A stretch of DNA of 64,000 nucleotides from Selaginella moellendorffii (lineage: Eukaryota; Plantae; Lycopodiophyta). Each line of letters begins with the position of its first letter. The first letter of the stretch is position 1. The notes under the pieces were generated by a model that did not search any database, was not told the DNA's origin, and saw only the letters and a program-made list of their open reading frames with translations. Made by a program: the position numbers and the translations under genes. The DNA lies in NCBI RefSeq assembly GCF_000143415.4, contig NW_003314348.1, forward strand, positions 288,085 to 352,084, written 5' to 3'. Positions 1 through 13,098 of this stretch are shown here, in pieces.

Positions 1-2262
1 TGGCGAGTCGGGGGACAAATCCCTTAATTGAAGGTGCTAACTTCAAAAGGGGTGGCCTATGGGGCCGGGCATGGAGGAGTCCATGCATGATCACAGACTT
101 GTCAAGTGAGAGGACTTGGCAGTGCGGAGCAACTAGGTTCCTAAGCTGTGATCTATAGCGCACTTTAAGTACATGTTGGTGCACTGGCGTGGGAAGTCAC
201 GCCAGGCATCCAGGATGATGCCGTCCGTAGATGCATATACGGAGGTTGGGTTCGAGTCCCAACCTTCTAATGCTTGGGTTCGAGTCCCAAATCACTAGGG
301 CGTGGTGATGGTTTGGAATATGAGGACACTCATATTTCGATGGTCATGGACTCTCAATGAGGAGACTAACTTGGGCACACTGCCAAGTGGGGGATGCTCC
401 AGAGTCCTGATACATGGTTAGATTGCTTAGAGTGAAAGCTCGGCATATCTAACTTGAACACTTTGGTGCAAAGGGCACCAAAGACGTGGTGAATGAGATG
501 GGGACACCTAGTCTCAGTTGCTATAGACCCTTAGTTGGAGGGGCTGGCTTGGGTGCACCGCCAAGTGTGGGGGATGCCCCTGGGGTCATGGTGAACAACT
601 TAAAAATTTGGAAGACTTAATACCTATTGGCAAACTTGTTAAAGTGCCAAGGTGTGATCACTAGGTGATCTTATAGCTAAAACAAGGACAAGGTCCTTTC
701 GAGGTTAAGGGATAAAGTTCTTAGTTCAAAGTGTTGGTTTGAACTATTGATGATGGTATGGCTTGGTCAAGGTGACCAAGTGGGAAAAATACCTAAGGAA
801 AATCATTTGTGACTATGCGATGGCATAGTGAGTCCGAAGAAGGTAGTCTTTATAAGAGACCCGGGGAGGGTCACAATGTTAGGCCAAGGATAGAGCCCAC
901 AGTAGAAAATCCTCAAGAGACATACTAGGGGTGAACACCCTCTGGACTTGGCAAAGCAAAGTCTTTGCTATGGAATTGAAAGGATACCTCGAGAATGGAG
1001 GTAGTGATCTGATGTTGCTAGGTGCAACAATCAAGGATAGGAGCAAAAGACTAATGGCTAAGAAAAGAGCCATGGGAATAATGGGAAAGAATCCGAAAGG
1101 CAAAGTTAAGCCAACAACACTAATGTGTTGGGTGCTAATGAATTGTAGGAAATGCAATGTGTTTCTAAGGATGGATTCCTAATTGCTTTGATTTGGCGAA
1201 AGTGGAAGCTCTAAGGGAGGGAGCGATAAGGTAGCCAAATGATAGGGCTATGGACAGCCCTAACACAAATTATGATAACTAGAACTTCGTGCCTAAGGTA
1301 GCACAAAATAAAAAAGAGGATGATGGTGCCCTCAAGTAAAGAATTTCTTAGAATGGGGAAGTGGAGTTGCACAATATGTGCAAAGCAAGGTGTCGGAGAC
1401 ACCTAGGATATTGACTTTGAGAAGTCAAAAGTCAAAGTTCCAAAGTGCAAATGTCATATTGATGGAAACTAAAACTACTTAAGATGGAGTAGTGGGACTG
1501 AGATAGAGACGGTGTCTCTAACAAGTTTAGCGAGAACTAATCTAATAAAAGGAGAGAACCACCACAAGTGGTCCAATCAGTCTCTAAGTTGGAGAGATTA
1601 TCCTCCTTAGAGGATGGGCAAGGCATGGTGAGCCTTCGGTATCAAACCATTGACGAATATTGGCAAGGTGCCAAAAATGGAAAGAGTAATACATGTTGGT
1701 GTTACTTTATAAAATAGTTTATCGTTCGATGAGGACATTGAACTTCGTCTATGGGTGGTAGAGTTGTGAGACACAAAATCCCTAGGCCCCAAAGTGGAGC
1801 CGAAAGGATGCCACGTGGTAGTGGCCGAAGCGAAAGCAAAATGACTAAACACATTTGGACTAAAAGCTCCGACTTGAAAAGGTTGAGAGTGGGAGTGGAA
1901 CTCCCAACGAAGTGCTCGAGGAACAAGCACAAGGCGAGCCATGAGTGAGTCTCTAGAAAAGGGGACACAAGAGGACCAAAACATGACACATGGAAGTGTC
2001 CAAGATGGAGTCCGAGGTGGAGTCTGAGATGGAGTTCGAGATGGAGTCCGAGGTGGAGTCCGAGATGGAGTTCGAGATGGAGTCCGAGGTGGAGTCCGAG
2101 GTGGAGTCCGAGATGGACCCAAAATGAACCCAAAATTGAGTCCGAGATGGACCTGAGATGGAGTCCGAGATGGACCCGAGGTGGACCCAAGATGGAGTCC
2201 GAGATGGACCTAAGATGGAGTCCGAGATGGAGTCCAAGATGGAGTCTGAGATGGAGTCAGAG

Positions 2263-3391
2263 TGTAAGCGACTAATTTTTCCATTCTACTTTAGTCACTT
2301 AACCACACCTCCGACCATTTGGAGGAGTCTCATTCACAACCTCCATTAGTCCAATTCAGGACTTGGGACTTGCTAGCCCTAAGAATGGCATCCATGCCAC
2401 TCAACACTTGCACCTGGTCCAAGTGCTCCACGTGTCCGGTCCGAAGACCAACACCCAAAGGTACCACTGACATCTCGGCCCGTTACGCTAAGGCCATGCC
2501 CATTCACCTTTGCTGCACTAGTGGTCCAATACCACTTGCATCACCATCCCGTCTCTCCAAGACTGAGCCATCTGTTCACGAGTGGTCATCCTAGATCCAC
2601 TCCTTAGCATCCTTAGGATGCCCACAGACCTGGGGAATCGCCTTCCCCAAAGTCCCTTTGTCAGTTCCTACCAAGTCCCTTTCTGCCCCTGGCCGTGTTT
2701 ACCAACACTGCCATTGGATCGAGGCCCACAGGCCCGACCACTAAGTCCCATGGTCCTCTGGGACTTCCTCACCACACGACTGTGTCCTTGGTCACTACCC
2801 CAGAGGACTGCTCCTCTTCCTTTCCACAGTCTAGGCTTTTGGGACAACATTTCGGAACACCGTGGCCTTACGCGAGCCACCTGGGTACTCTCCCCGCCTT
2901 TCGCCTTTAGGTGCTCTAGCCATGGGCTTAGAGCGAGGTTCTGTTGAGCCACGCCTGGTATCCAAGTAGGTAGTGCCACCCACACTTGGACTGGGAGCAT
3001 CGGCCAGTCGATCTCCCGGGGGAACTAGAGCCGGCTCTTGAACACTTCACCAAGCTACCCCGCTTGTCGATCCGTGTTCACTCTAGTCTTGGACTTCCCA
3101 GTGGGCAGCTCATCACCCAACACTGGGTCCGGCCTTCCTGGGCCAAACTGGCCTTTCCTGGCCAAACTGGCTCCACTGCAGTCCTCCCCCCTTACTATAC
3201 TTTTGGAGCTCACCAAACCCCCCAGGGTTTGGGAGACGAACGCTTTGGGCTTTCACCCTCTCAGGCTCCGGACTCGGACTCGGACTCGGACTCGGACTCG
3301 GACTCGGACTCGGACTCGGACTCGGATTCGGACTCGGACTCGGGCTCGGGCTCGGTCTCGGCCTCGGCCTCGGTCTCGGTCTCGGTCCCGA

Positions 3392-3423
<32 letters not shown>

Positions 3424-4144
3424 CCGGTCTCAGTCTCGACTTCGGACTCCATCTCGGACTCCATCTCGGACTCCATCTTGGACTCCATCTCAGGTCCATC
3501 TCGGGTCCATCTCGGACTCCATCTCGGGTCCACCTCAGACTCCATCTCGGACTCCATCTCGGACTCCATTTCGGGTCCATCTCGGACTCCACTTCGGACT
3601 CCAACTCGGGTCCATCTCGGGTCCACCTCAGACTCCACTTCGGACTCCATCTCGGGTCCATCTCGGGTCCACCTCGGACTCCACTTCGGACTCCATCTCG
3701 GACTCCATCTCGGGTCCATCTCGGACTCCACTTCGGACTTCAACTCGGGTCCATCTCGGGTCCATCTCGGACTCCACTTCGGACTCCAACTCGAGTCCAT
3801 CTCGGACTCCACTTCGGACTCCAACTCGGGTCCATCTCGGACTCCACTTCGGACTCCAACTCGGGTCCATCTCGGACTCCACTTCGGACTCCAACTCGAG
3901 TCCATCTCGGACACTCCCACGTGTCATGTGTTGGTCCTTTTGGGTCCCTTTTTGGAGCCTCGCTTTTTGCTCGCTTCGTGCTCGTTCCTCGAGCACTTCT
4001 TTGGGAGTTCCACTCCCGCTCTTGAATTTTCAAGTCGGAGCTTTTGGTCCAAACGTGTTACACTCGTTTGGCTCTCGCTTCAGCCACTACCACGTGGTAC
4101 CCTTTCCGGCTCCACTTTGGGCCCTAGGGATTTTGTGTCTCACA
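2263..4144 (-). repeat. 3' LTR of B1
   Basis: Begins TGTAAGCG, ends TCTCACA; direct repeat of 15578-17441. Confidence 0.93.
3267..3911. repeat. Compound minisatellite inside the B LTR: (GGACTC)n, (GGTCTC)n, then 12-mer GGACTCCATCTC variants
   Basis: Directly visible 6- and 12-nt periodicity. Related arrays at ~2000-2262, 16582-17208, 17447-17693, 30541-30785, 36010-36463 and 38985-39365. Confidence 0.95.
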
Positions 4145-6650
4145 ACTCCACCACCCATAGACGAAGTTCGATGTCCTTATCGAACAGTAAACCCTTTCAT
4201 AAAGTAACACCCACACATGTTACCATTTCCCTCCTTGGCACCTAGCCAATCTTTGTTTATGGTTTGACACCAAAGGCTCACCATGCCTTGTCCATCCTTT
4301 AAGGAGCATAGTCTCTCTAACTTAGAGACTGATTGGACCACATGTAATGGTTCTCTCCTTTTATTGGTTTAGTTCTCGCTAAACCTCTTAGAGACCCTTC
4401 TCTAAGTCAATCCCACTACTCCTTCTCGAGTAGTCTCAATTTCCATCGATATAACCTTTGCACTTTGGAACTTTGAATTTTGACTTCTTGGAGTCAATTT
4501 CCTAGGTGTCTCCGACACCTTGCCTTGCACCTTTTGTGCAACTCCACTTCCCATCCTAGGAAGTTCTCTACTCGAGGGCACCATCATCCTCTCTTCTATT
4601 TCGTGCCAAAGTTCCAGTTATCATACTTTGTGCTAGGGCTGTTCATGGCCCTATCATTTGGCTACCTTACCGCTCCCTCCCTTGGAGCTTCCACTTTCGC
4701 CAAATCGGAGCATTTCGGAATCCCTCCTTGGAAACACACTTCATTTTCCCGCAACTTGTTAGCGTCCAACACATTAGTGTTCCTCGCCTAACTTTGTCAC
4801 TTGGATTTCTTCCAAGGGATTCCACGGCCCTGTCTTGGCCACTCATCTTTTGCTCCTATCTGTTGATTGTTGCACCAAGCAACATCGAATCTCTACCTCC
4901 CTCCTTGAGGTATTGTTTCGGTTCCATAGCAAAGACTCTTCTTTGCCAAGTCCGGAGGATGTTCACCCCTAGTACGTCTCTTTAGCATCTTCTGCTATGG
5001 GCTCTATCCACGGCCCAACTTCGTGACCCTCCCTTGGGTCTTTTATAGAGACTACTTTCCTCGGACTCACTATGCCATCGCACAGACATAGTTTATTTCC
5101 CTTAGGTGCTCTTCCCACTTGGTCATCATGACCAAGCCACACCACCTTAAACAGTTCAATTTCAACATTTTGAACCAGGAACTTCATTCCTTAGCCAACC
5201 AAGGACCTTGTCCTTATCTGGCCATAAGATCACCTAGTGATCTCACCTTGGCACCTTAACAGAGTTGCCAAGAGGTACTCGGTTTTCTAGACCTCCAAGT
5301 TGTTGACTATAACCCCGGGGGCATCCCCCACACTTGGCGGTGCACCCAAGCTAGCCCTTACGGCCAAGGGTTCATAGCAACTGAGATTAGGTGTCCCCAT
5401 CTCACTCACCACGACCTTAGTGCCACTTGCACCAAAGTGTTCAAGTTAGATATGCTGAGCTTTCACACTAAGCAATCTAACCGTGCATCACGACTCCGAG
5501 GCATCCCTCGCTTGGCGGTGTGCCCAAACCAGTCTCCCCACTGAGAGTCCATGACCACCGAAATATGAGTGTCCTCATATTCCAAACCATCACCACGCCC
5601 TAGTGATTTGGGACTCGAACCCAAGCACTAGAGGGTCGGGACTCGAACCCAACCTCCGTATATGCATCTACGGACGGCATCACACAAGATGCCTGGCGTG
5701 ACTCCCCACGCCGGTGCACCAACTTATTTTTAAAGCGCGCTATAGATCACAGCTTAGGAACCTAGTTCCTCCACACTGCCAAGTCCTTTCACTTGACATG
5801 TCTGTGATCATGCATGGACTCCTCCATGCTCGGCCCCATGGCCCACCGTTTTTGAAGTTATCACTTTCAACTAGGGTATTTGTTCCCCCGACGTGCCAAT
5901 CTCGCTTGGCAAGTCCTCCGACCACTGTAACATGGTTCCTGCATAAGCGTGAAAGCCCTTGACCATCGACTCTCGTTCAAAGCCCTCTCTTTGAACACTC
6001 GGGAACTACTTCCCTAACCTTGATAGCCTTGCCTCATGGCAAGCTTCAAGACCACGCTTCTGCTGCGCCACTCTGATTTCGCGCGTTTCATGAACCATTT
6101 ACACTTGGCCTTTCTAGGTACTAAGCTACCTAGAATCGTCTTTGGGAACCTTGAAGGAACTCTGTCCCTCAGCTTGCTAAGGCCTCCCTTTTTGCCAGCT
6201 TTCCAAATGCCACATAGTCTAACATGGACAATTCCATATTTTAGACTCTCCATGGCATCACGGTTGCTAGCGGCAACACCCTCGAGCCCCCACTTGATTT
6301 TCCACTCCCAGCTGGCATAACCAACCTTGGTTATGCCCTTTGATTCCTACGGTTCGGTTCTATCCCCTTACTTCTTGCTTTTTTGGCTTCACACCTTTCC
6401 TTTGGTCATTCTCCTCCAGACCAGGAGGATAGCTTTGCACTTTCGATCATGCCTTAGCAAGTATTCTTAGGGATGAACGTACTCAATAGCCCAGGGAGTG
6501 GTTCCTCAATCTGGGTATGCTCAGCTTATAATCCCACACACTGGGATTACATTGTTGCTTATGGGCCTTTACATGCCCATCACTAGCCTTGCCAAAATTC
6601 CATTTTTGGCTTTGTCCAACTTGGGTAGACAGTCCTCTCCTGTCTCCGCA

Positions 6651-7570
6651 TGTCGCGAATGTGACTTCGGGTATCGAAAGATACTTGTCGACCGGTCCTT
6701 ACGGATACTCTTTCCTTACTGCCATGACGGCAGGAGATCGGTACAGTTGGATCCCTTTAGTAGCCCCTCTTGTGCTAGTGGAGTTAACTGGGCATTCCGA
6801 GTGTACTTAGACCGGACGAGCATAAGGACGGAATTCCTACGTGCTATTAGCCAAGCATACTTAGCCCGGTAAGGAGTTCCCGTCTCGTTATGTCTTGCAC
6901 TGGCTAGTGACAAGAACCCTCGCGTATTGAGACTAGTCCCTCAATATCGCTGGATGATAGCTTACCGTGTCTGCCAAACACCCTCGCTATCACACCCTTT
7001 GTGTTGGTCTCATTTCGGTCCCAAATGCTATTTATGGAAAGTGTCTAGATTAGCTTATTTGGCATATCTACGGAATGTAGAGATCGGCCTGAATACAATG
7101 GTGTTTGTCCCGTGTCCAAATTCGCAATCTAAGGACATTCCATATTTAGTAAGTTTCGAGCTTGTCCCAGAGACTAACTCCTGGTACTAAGGGAGGCTTG
7201 GGGTGAAAGCCCAAAGCGTGTGTTCCTCAAGGGGGGGGGGGGCTATGGGGGGTTCCAAATGTATAGTAGGGATAGTGGTTGGATGCATGTCCGACCACCT
7301 GAGACATTAGTTTGGCTCCCGCTGGGCTGTGTCGCTCCTTGTTCTGCGTCCGGCTTGGGTCTAAGCCCAAGCTCCACGCTGCTCTAGTCGGTGGAGTACC
7401 CTCCTTCTCGCATTAGGCCACCGGTATGCCAAAATTGTGCCAGACTCCGTCTGACACCATTTTGCGTGCAGGTGCTGGATACGGGGAGCTGGTGCTCGTG
7501 GGATTGTACCGGACCCTCGTTTCATAGCGCAACGGGCTTGGAGTTCGGCTCCAAATTCAGGTGCGCTACA
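6651..7570 (+). repeat. 5' LTR of element A (920 bp)
   Basis: TGTCGCG...GCGCTACA; near-identical to 13099-14021. Confidence 0.96.
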
Positions 7571-7572
7571 TT

Positions 7573-7583
7573 TGGTATCAGAG
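7573..7583 (+). promoter_or_regulatory. Primer binding site of A (tRNA-iMet)
   Basis: TGGTATCAGAG, 2 nt after the LTR end. Confidence 0.92.
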
Positions 7584-7743
7584 AAATTGTCTTAGCGATT
7601 TCTATCCAACTTTTGTCGGATTTTCTGACTCAAGTTGCATACGCAGAGACTTTTCTAGTAGATCCGAAGCGACCTGTGTAGGATTAGTTGGATTGCACCA
7701 TTCGGTAAGAACGTTGTATGCATGTTCAGTTACTGATAGAGGC

Positions 7744-10700
7744 ATGCATGCAGCTAGCAGGATGGTGAAGAGGAACCGTGCTGATGACACCGAAACCTCT
7801 AGACGGGCGAATCGAGAGGAGGAAACTCCTGCTAGAGATGCTGCGGAAGGGGCTGAGGCCGAGTCAGAAGAGGAAGAGCCAGATGCTGCAGCATTGCAGC
7901 GTACGGCTCAGGAAGTTGAGATCGAGAATTTGCGAAGGGAGATTCGCAAATTGAAGAAGGAGAACAAGAAAAGGAAGAAAGAAGCTGAGGCAGCTAAACC
8001 AGCTAAGCCTAAGCAACCGGACTCCTCTTCAAGTTCTGAGGACGATGAAGTTCTGCAGCCGCCCCCGGTTGCACGAGTTTCAAAGTTCAAGCCTCCGAAA
8101 CCACCCAATTTCAGAGGCATGCGGGACTATCAGGTTTTGGAAGACTGGGTCTACGATATGGAGAACTACTTCATAGCGGCAGACGTAGATGATCGTACGA
8201 AAGTTGCGTGCGCGCAATCCTTTCTCACCGATCATGCCAAAACTTGGTGGCGCCAGGTGTGTGCTGAAAAAGGGCAGACTAGAAGTTGGACCAAGATGCG
8301 GTCTCGTATCCGTAAGGAATACTTGCCGGATGATCTTGGTCTGAGACTTCGCGCAGAGCTGCGACGGTTAAAGCAGCGAGGGGACCTTATGCATTATGTT
8401 AATGCGTTTGCTCAGAAGCGCATTATGATTGCAAATATGAGTGACGAAGATGCTCGGAGTTATTTCCTGGAGGGTTTAAGTTCACTTTCTCGAAATGAGA
8501 TTTTGAAGTTTAAGCCGAAGACGTACCTGGAGTGTAAAGAGGCAGCACAGCAAGTTGCCTTTAGTCACTCGCTCATAGAACAATATCAGCAATCGTATGC
8601 TGGTAATTCGGACAAGAATAAAAATTCTGGGAATAGGCAAGGTGATCGGAAACAAAGGGTGGAAAGTAGGTACTGCCCTGGGGGCTCACAAGCTACGGTG
8701 AATAAAGGTGGTGGTGGTTGGAGACCACCAGCAGCTTCTTCTGGTCCTAGGCCCTCTGTTCCTCCTCCTAGTGGGTACAAGCAGCAGCAACCTACAAAAC
8801 CTGCTCCTAGCGGAACGGGTAGTGTGGGTCATTGCTTCCATTGTGGAGAGTCGGGACATAGGTCCTCGGAATGTCCCAACAAGCATAAGACAAGGTCTCG
8901 GGTTAATGTCATGAGGGAAGACGGTGGTGGTGAAGCCGAAGGGGTTGACGAGTTGGTCAATGCAGACTATGAGGAAGAAGAGGTGAGTAACTTTCGTTGC
9001 TTTCCTCAAGCTTTTCTTGCAGTCAATGCAAACACTGATCCGTTAATGTATCTGGTAGGCTTTGTCCGTGGACACCGAATCCGAGTGATGATTGACACGG
9101 GAGCTACGCACAGTGTGATATCCGAAGACTTAGTTAAGTTGTTAGGATTGAATGCTGAGCAAATGTCGCCTATGCACTTCCGGTTTGCGGAAGGTGGGCA
9201 AGTAGCCAGAAAGTTTGTGAGTGATGTTCCAATAAAGATATCCAAGTGGAAAGAAAGAGTGGACTTGGTAGTGTTGAAGATACCAGATTTTCAGATGGTG
9301 TTTGGTATGGATTTCTTCAACAAGTATATAAAAGGGATTTATGGTGCTGGACAAAGTCGTATCACGTTGAAGTCAGAAGGACATCCTGATGTATCCTTTC
9401 AGTTGCAAAAGCGTTCCTCAAAGGATTGGGATGCAAAGTTCCTGACTGTGAGGGCCGCTCAAAAAGCAGCTAAAAGGGGATGTCAGACCTTTTGGGTTCA
9501 AGTGATGGAAGCTGAGGGTGTGGGTGACTCAGTACAAATCGGCGACGGGGTTGATCCTGTACCGAAAAGGATATTGGAGTTGTTGGCGAGGAATCAGGAT
9601 ATCTTTCCGAAGGATTTGCCGCCAGGGCTACCTCCTAGCCGTGAGGTTGATCATCGGATTGAGATTATTCCGGGTTCTAAACCACCTACGAAAGCTCCAT
9701 ATCGGTTGAACATCAAGGAGATGGCTGAACTCAAGAAGCAACTCACGGAGCTTCTTGACAAAGGTCATATCCGACCAAGCAAGTCACCTTATGGAGCGCC
9801 GGTCCTCTTCGTTATGAAAAAGGATGGAACTATGAGGATGTGTATTGACTATCGGGCACTCAATAAGATCACGGTTAAAAACAGTTATCCTTTGCCTCGC
9901 ATTGATGACTTGTTTGACCAACTCTTAAAGGCTAAGTATTTTACGCGACTTGATTTGCGGTCCGGATATCATCAGATACGGGTGGCGGATCAGGATGTGG
10001 AGAAGACAGCCTTTAAGACTCGGTACGGATCTTATGAGTTCCTTGTCATGCCATTCGGGTTATGCAATGCTCCGGCAACGTTCAGCACTATGATGGATAG
10101 AATATTCGGAGATTATTTGGATGCATTTGTTGTCCTGTATATCGATGATGTTCTAGTCTTTAGTGAAATGTTGGAGGATCATTTGAAACACTTGGAGCTG
10201 GTGTTTCAGAAACTGCGCGAACACAAACTGTATGCTAAGGAAAGTAAATGCGCTTTTGGTCAATTGCGCGTAAACTTTCTTGGACATATAGTTGGTGGTG
10301 GCGTGATTGAGGTCGATCCAAAGAAGGTGGAAGCGGTGAAGTCCTGGGAAGTTCCGACCACTGTATCAGATGTTCGTTCCTTTCTCGGTTTGGCGGGATA
10401 CTATCGCAAGTTTGTCCGCAATTTTGCAAGAATTGCTCTTCCGTTGACTGAGTTGACGAAGAGTAGTATTCCGTTTCATTGGACACCAGCTTGCCAGCGT
10501 GCTTTTGCACGGTTGAAGGAGATCTTGACTACGGTTCCTGTTCTCAGGATCCCAGATCTTGATAAACCCTTCGAAGTGCATTGTGATGCATCTGGCTATG
10601 CTATTGGTGCCGTGTTGCAGCAAGATTGTGACAAAGCGGTTGGTGTTATGCTAAGGCGACATGGTTGTCCCGTTGCGTTCTATTCCAAGAAATTGGATGA

Positions 10701-12486
10701 GACCCAACGAAGATGGCCAACGCATGAGAAAGAGATGTTTGCTATAGTGTCGGCCCTGGAACACTGGAGACACTACTTGGGTGGACATACCAAGGTTTAT
10801 ACAGATAGTAACACACTAAGCTACTTCGCTACGCAGCCTAAGCTTACGCCGAAGCAGGCTCGTTGGCAAGAGAAGCTTGCTAGATATGATATTGAAATCA
10901 TATATAAACCTGGTAAAGACAATATTGTTCCGGATGCGTTGAGTCGTCAAGCTCAGTTCCGGGCAATATCGGCAATCAGTTCAGACTGGTTGAAGGACGT
11001 TCGGGCTTCGTATGGAAGTGATCCATTGGCGAAGGCAATCTTATGCCGTGCGGGGTTGTTGAAACAGAGCCCTGGTAGCGAAGCAGCAAAAGTTGCTAGT
11101 CGCACTAATGCGAAGCTTCACTTCTCAGTTCGGGATGGGCTTATATTCTATAAGCAAGAAAGATTGTATCTTCCCTCTAAGGATCTTCAGCAGTTATTTC
11201 TGCGGGAACATCACAATGTTCCAGCAGCGGGACATGGTGGACAGCGAAAGACTCTGGCTTCATTGAAAAAGGGATTTTTCTGGTCTGGTATGGAAGATGA
11301 TGTAGCGGACTATGTCCGTTCCTGTCCTGTATGCCAGCAATGTAAGCGCAGAACTGAGAAACAGGCTGGAAAGTTGCAGTGCATTCCAGCACCGGCATGG
11401 CCATTTCAAAGTGTGACACTTGATTTCGTCACTTGCTTGCCGAAGTCTAAGGGTTATGATACTTTGATGGTGGTTGTGGATCGGTTGTCAAAGATTGCAC
11501 ACTTCATTCCAACTGTGGGAACAGTAAATGCGAAACAAGCAGCAAAGCTCTTTTTCCATGAAGTAGTGCGAGTTCGTGGTCTCCCTAAAGAAATGATCTC
11601 AGATAGAGATTCGAGGTTTACGGGGAAGTTTTGGGGGACCCTATTCCAGTTGTTTGGTACCAAGTTGAAGTTTAGTACAGCTTACCATCCTCAAACCGAT
11701 GGGCAGACCGAACGCGTGAATGCTCAAGTTGAGGATTATCTGCGGTACTATGTCGCGGCGGACCAACGCGACTGGGTTGAGCATTTGGATACGGCAGAAA
11801 TTTGTTATAACAACACATTTCACAGCGCTATAGGCTGTTCTCCATGGGAGATGTTGCAAGGGAATGCTCGTGGGGTTCCTCAACAGATCGTTGTCCCAAA
11901 ACCAATGACCGAGGTGTTGGTCCCAGCCGTGGAAACTTATGCGGAGCAGCTATGCCAAGGTTGGTCTAAAGCTACTGAGGCGATGGGCAAAGCTCAGGAT
12001 AGGTATCGACGTGATAAGGATCAGCATCGTCGGGATGTATCCTATCAAGTGGGAGATCAGGTGTGGCTATCTTCCCGAAACTTGAACATTAAGGGTTCTT
12101 TGTCTCGGAAGCTCTTGCCGAGATATGTTGGACCCTATCGGGTGCTAAAACGCATTGGTGATGTATCCTATCGGTTGGATCTTCCTGCGGAGATGTCCAA
12201 TGTTCATAATGTATTTCATGCCAATCTATTGGCTCCTTACACTATGGATGTTGCGCGTCAAGGGGAGATTCGTCCACCCCCAGACGTTGTGGACGGTGAA
12301 CCTGAATACGAAGTAGAAACTATCTTGGATTCCCGGTTCCGGAGACGGGCTCGTGTGAAGGAATATTTAGTTAAGTGGAAAGGTTACCCATCTTGTGAAT
12401 CAACTTGGGAGCCTCTTAGTCATCTTACACATGCTCGTGAGCTTGTCACGGAGTATGAGACTCGTAATAAAGATTCACTTTTGTAA
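7744..12486 (+). CDS. Gag-Pol polyprotein (Gag, CCHC knuckle, aspartic protease, RT, RNase H, integrase, chromodomain)
   Basis: ORF 7561-12486; first in-frame ATG at 7744 (alternative 7762). Motifs in Ty3/gypsy order: [34 protein letters not shown]...H...[32 protein letters not shown]...YLVKWKGY...STWEP. Confidence 0.97.
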   Translation: MHAASRMVKRNRADDTETSRRANREEETPARDAAEGAEAESEEEEPDAAALQRTAQEVEIENLRREIRKLKKENKKRKKEAEAAKPAKPKQPDSSSSSEDDEVLQPPPVARVSKFKPPKPPNFRGMRDYQVLEDWVYDMENYFIAADVDDRTKVACAQSFLTDHAKTWWRQVCAEKGQTRSWTKMRSRIRKEYLPDDLGLRLRAELRRLKQRGDLMHYVNAFAQKRIMIANMSDEDARSYFLEGLSSLSRNEILKFKPKTYLECKEAAQQVAFSHSLIEQYQQSYAGNSDKNKNSGNRQGDRKQRVESRYCPGGSQATVNKGGGGWRPPAASSGPRPSVPPPSGYKQQQPTKPAPSGTGSVGHCFHCGESGHRSSECPNKHKTRSRVNVMREDGGGEAEGVDELVNADYEEEEVSNFRCFPQAFLAVNANTDPLMYLVGFVRGHRIRVMIDTGATHSVISEDLVKLLGLNAEQMSPMHFRFAEGGQVARKFVSDVPIKISKWKERVDLVVLKIPDFQMVFGMDFFNKYIKGIYGAGQSRITLKSEGHPDVSFQLQKRSSKDWDAKFLTVRAAQKAAKRGCQTFWVQVMEAEGVGDSVQIGDGVDPVPKRILELLARNQDIFPKDLPPGLPPSREVDHRIEIIPGSKPPTKAPYRLNIKEMAELKKQLTELLDKGHIRPSKSPYGAPVLFVMKKDGTMRMCIDYRALNKITVKNSYPLPRIDDLFDQLLKAKYFTRLDLRSGYHQIRVADQDVEKTAFKTRYGSYEFLVMPFGLCNAPATFSTMMDRIFGDYLDAFVVLYIDDVLVFSEMLEDHLKHLELVFQKLREHKLYAKESKCAFGQLRVNFLGHIVGGGVIEVDPKKVEAVKSWEVPTTVSDVRSFLGLAGYYRKFVRNFARIALPLTELTKSSIPFHWTPACQRAFARLKEILTTVPVLRIPDLDKPFEVHCDASGYAIGAVLQQDCDKAVGVMLRRHGCPVAFYSKKLDETQRRWPTHEKEMFAIVSALEHWRHYLGGHTKVYTDSNTLSYFATQPKLTPKQARWQEKLARYDIEIIYKPGKDNIVPDALSRQAQFRAISAISSDWLKDVRASYGSDPLAKAILCRAGLLKQSPGSEAAKVASRTNAKLHFSVRDGLIFYKQERLYLPSKDLQQLFLREHHNVPAAGHGGQRKTLASLKKGFFWSGMEDDVADYVRSCPVCQQCKRRTEKQAGKLQCIPAPAWPFQSVTLDFVTCLPKSKGYDTLMVVVDRLSKIAHFIPTVGTVNAKQAAKLFFHEVVRVRGLPKEMISDRDSRFTGKFWGTLFQLFGTKLKFSTAYHPQTDGQTERVNAQVEDYLRYYVAADQRDWVEHLDTAEICYNNTFHSAIGCSPWEMLQGNARGVPQQIVVPKPMTEVLVPAVETYAEQLCQGWSKATEAMGKAQDRYRRDKDQHRRDVSYQVGDQVWLSSRNLNIKGSLSRKLLPRYVGPYRVLKRIGDVSYRLDLPAEMSNVHNVFHANLLAPYTMDVARQGEIRPPPDVVDGEPEYEVETILDSRFRRRARVKEYLVKWKGYPSCESTWEPLSHLTHARELVTEYETRNKDSLL

Positions 12487-13085
12487 ATCTTGTAATCAAT
12501 CTTGCAAATTAATAAAGTAATATATTTCTATCAATCAAAAGTGTCGTTTCTCTCGATCAATTGTACTTGGGTCAGTTTTGGCAGGCTGACTTCGGCACTT
12601 CGGTGCATGGGTCCAATCCATAACCATGGGGATACCTATTATAGACTGATCACAAGTCCCCGCCTCTCTCTCGATGACTCCTTTTCAAAAAAAAAAAAAA
12701 AAAGGGGCGTGGTCGTGTAAACAACTTAATCTGCCAGTTTATAATAGTTGTCTAAATCTTCCCGACGGGGTTGATTTCTTGCTCAGGGGCAGTTGGGCCT
12801 CTGGCCTTCTCCCTATATCCCTACGGGCAGGGATGTATCATTCCTTTGTAAGCTGAGTGGTACTCAGAGCAGCAAGGGTGGCTAACTCCGTTGGTCATTT
12901 CCTTGTCGGCGACGGCCGGAGGGTGTCTGAGTCTTAACGTCTTTGGACATAGAGGAGAGGTCGTTCCATAACTCATTTAAGTCGGTGTGTTTCCCACATA
13001 GTGTGCTTTCCGTTAACTTTCGGAGTTGTTTCCTTGACGGTTTGCTAGACTCGGGTATGCATCGACGAGGACGTCGATCTTCCCC

Positions 13086-13098
13086 AAGGGGGGGAGAG
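13086..13098 (+). promoter_or_regulatory. Polypurine tract of A
   Basis: AAGGGGGGGAGAG immediately before the 3' LTR. Confidence 0.92.

Noticed and set aside
241-292. tRNA gene or tRNA-derived SINE
   Set aside because: Only T-arm-like hairpins are present; there is no D arm/A-box, anticodon arm, acceptor stem, tail or TSD.
931-1182. Recurrent small ORF (…LLGATIKDRSKRL…) in several B copies
   Set aside because: Recurrence is explained by copy homology. Starts, stops and indels vary between copies and no domain is recognisable.
3267-3911. CRISPR-like array
   Set aside because: Contiguous tandem units with no unique spacers, in a eukaryotic LTR.
2986-4245. Long overlapping ORFs (389-436 aa, SD/RT/RS-rich) in B LTRs, also at 16301-17663, 35715-36668 and 38853-39649
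   Set aside because: They are open in several frames on both strands because the 6/12-mer repeat lacks stop codons. They have no domain content and no ATG start, and frames are not conserved between copies.
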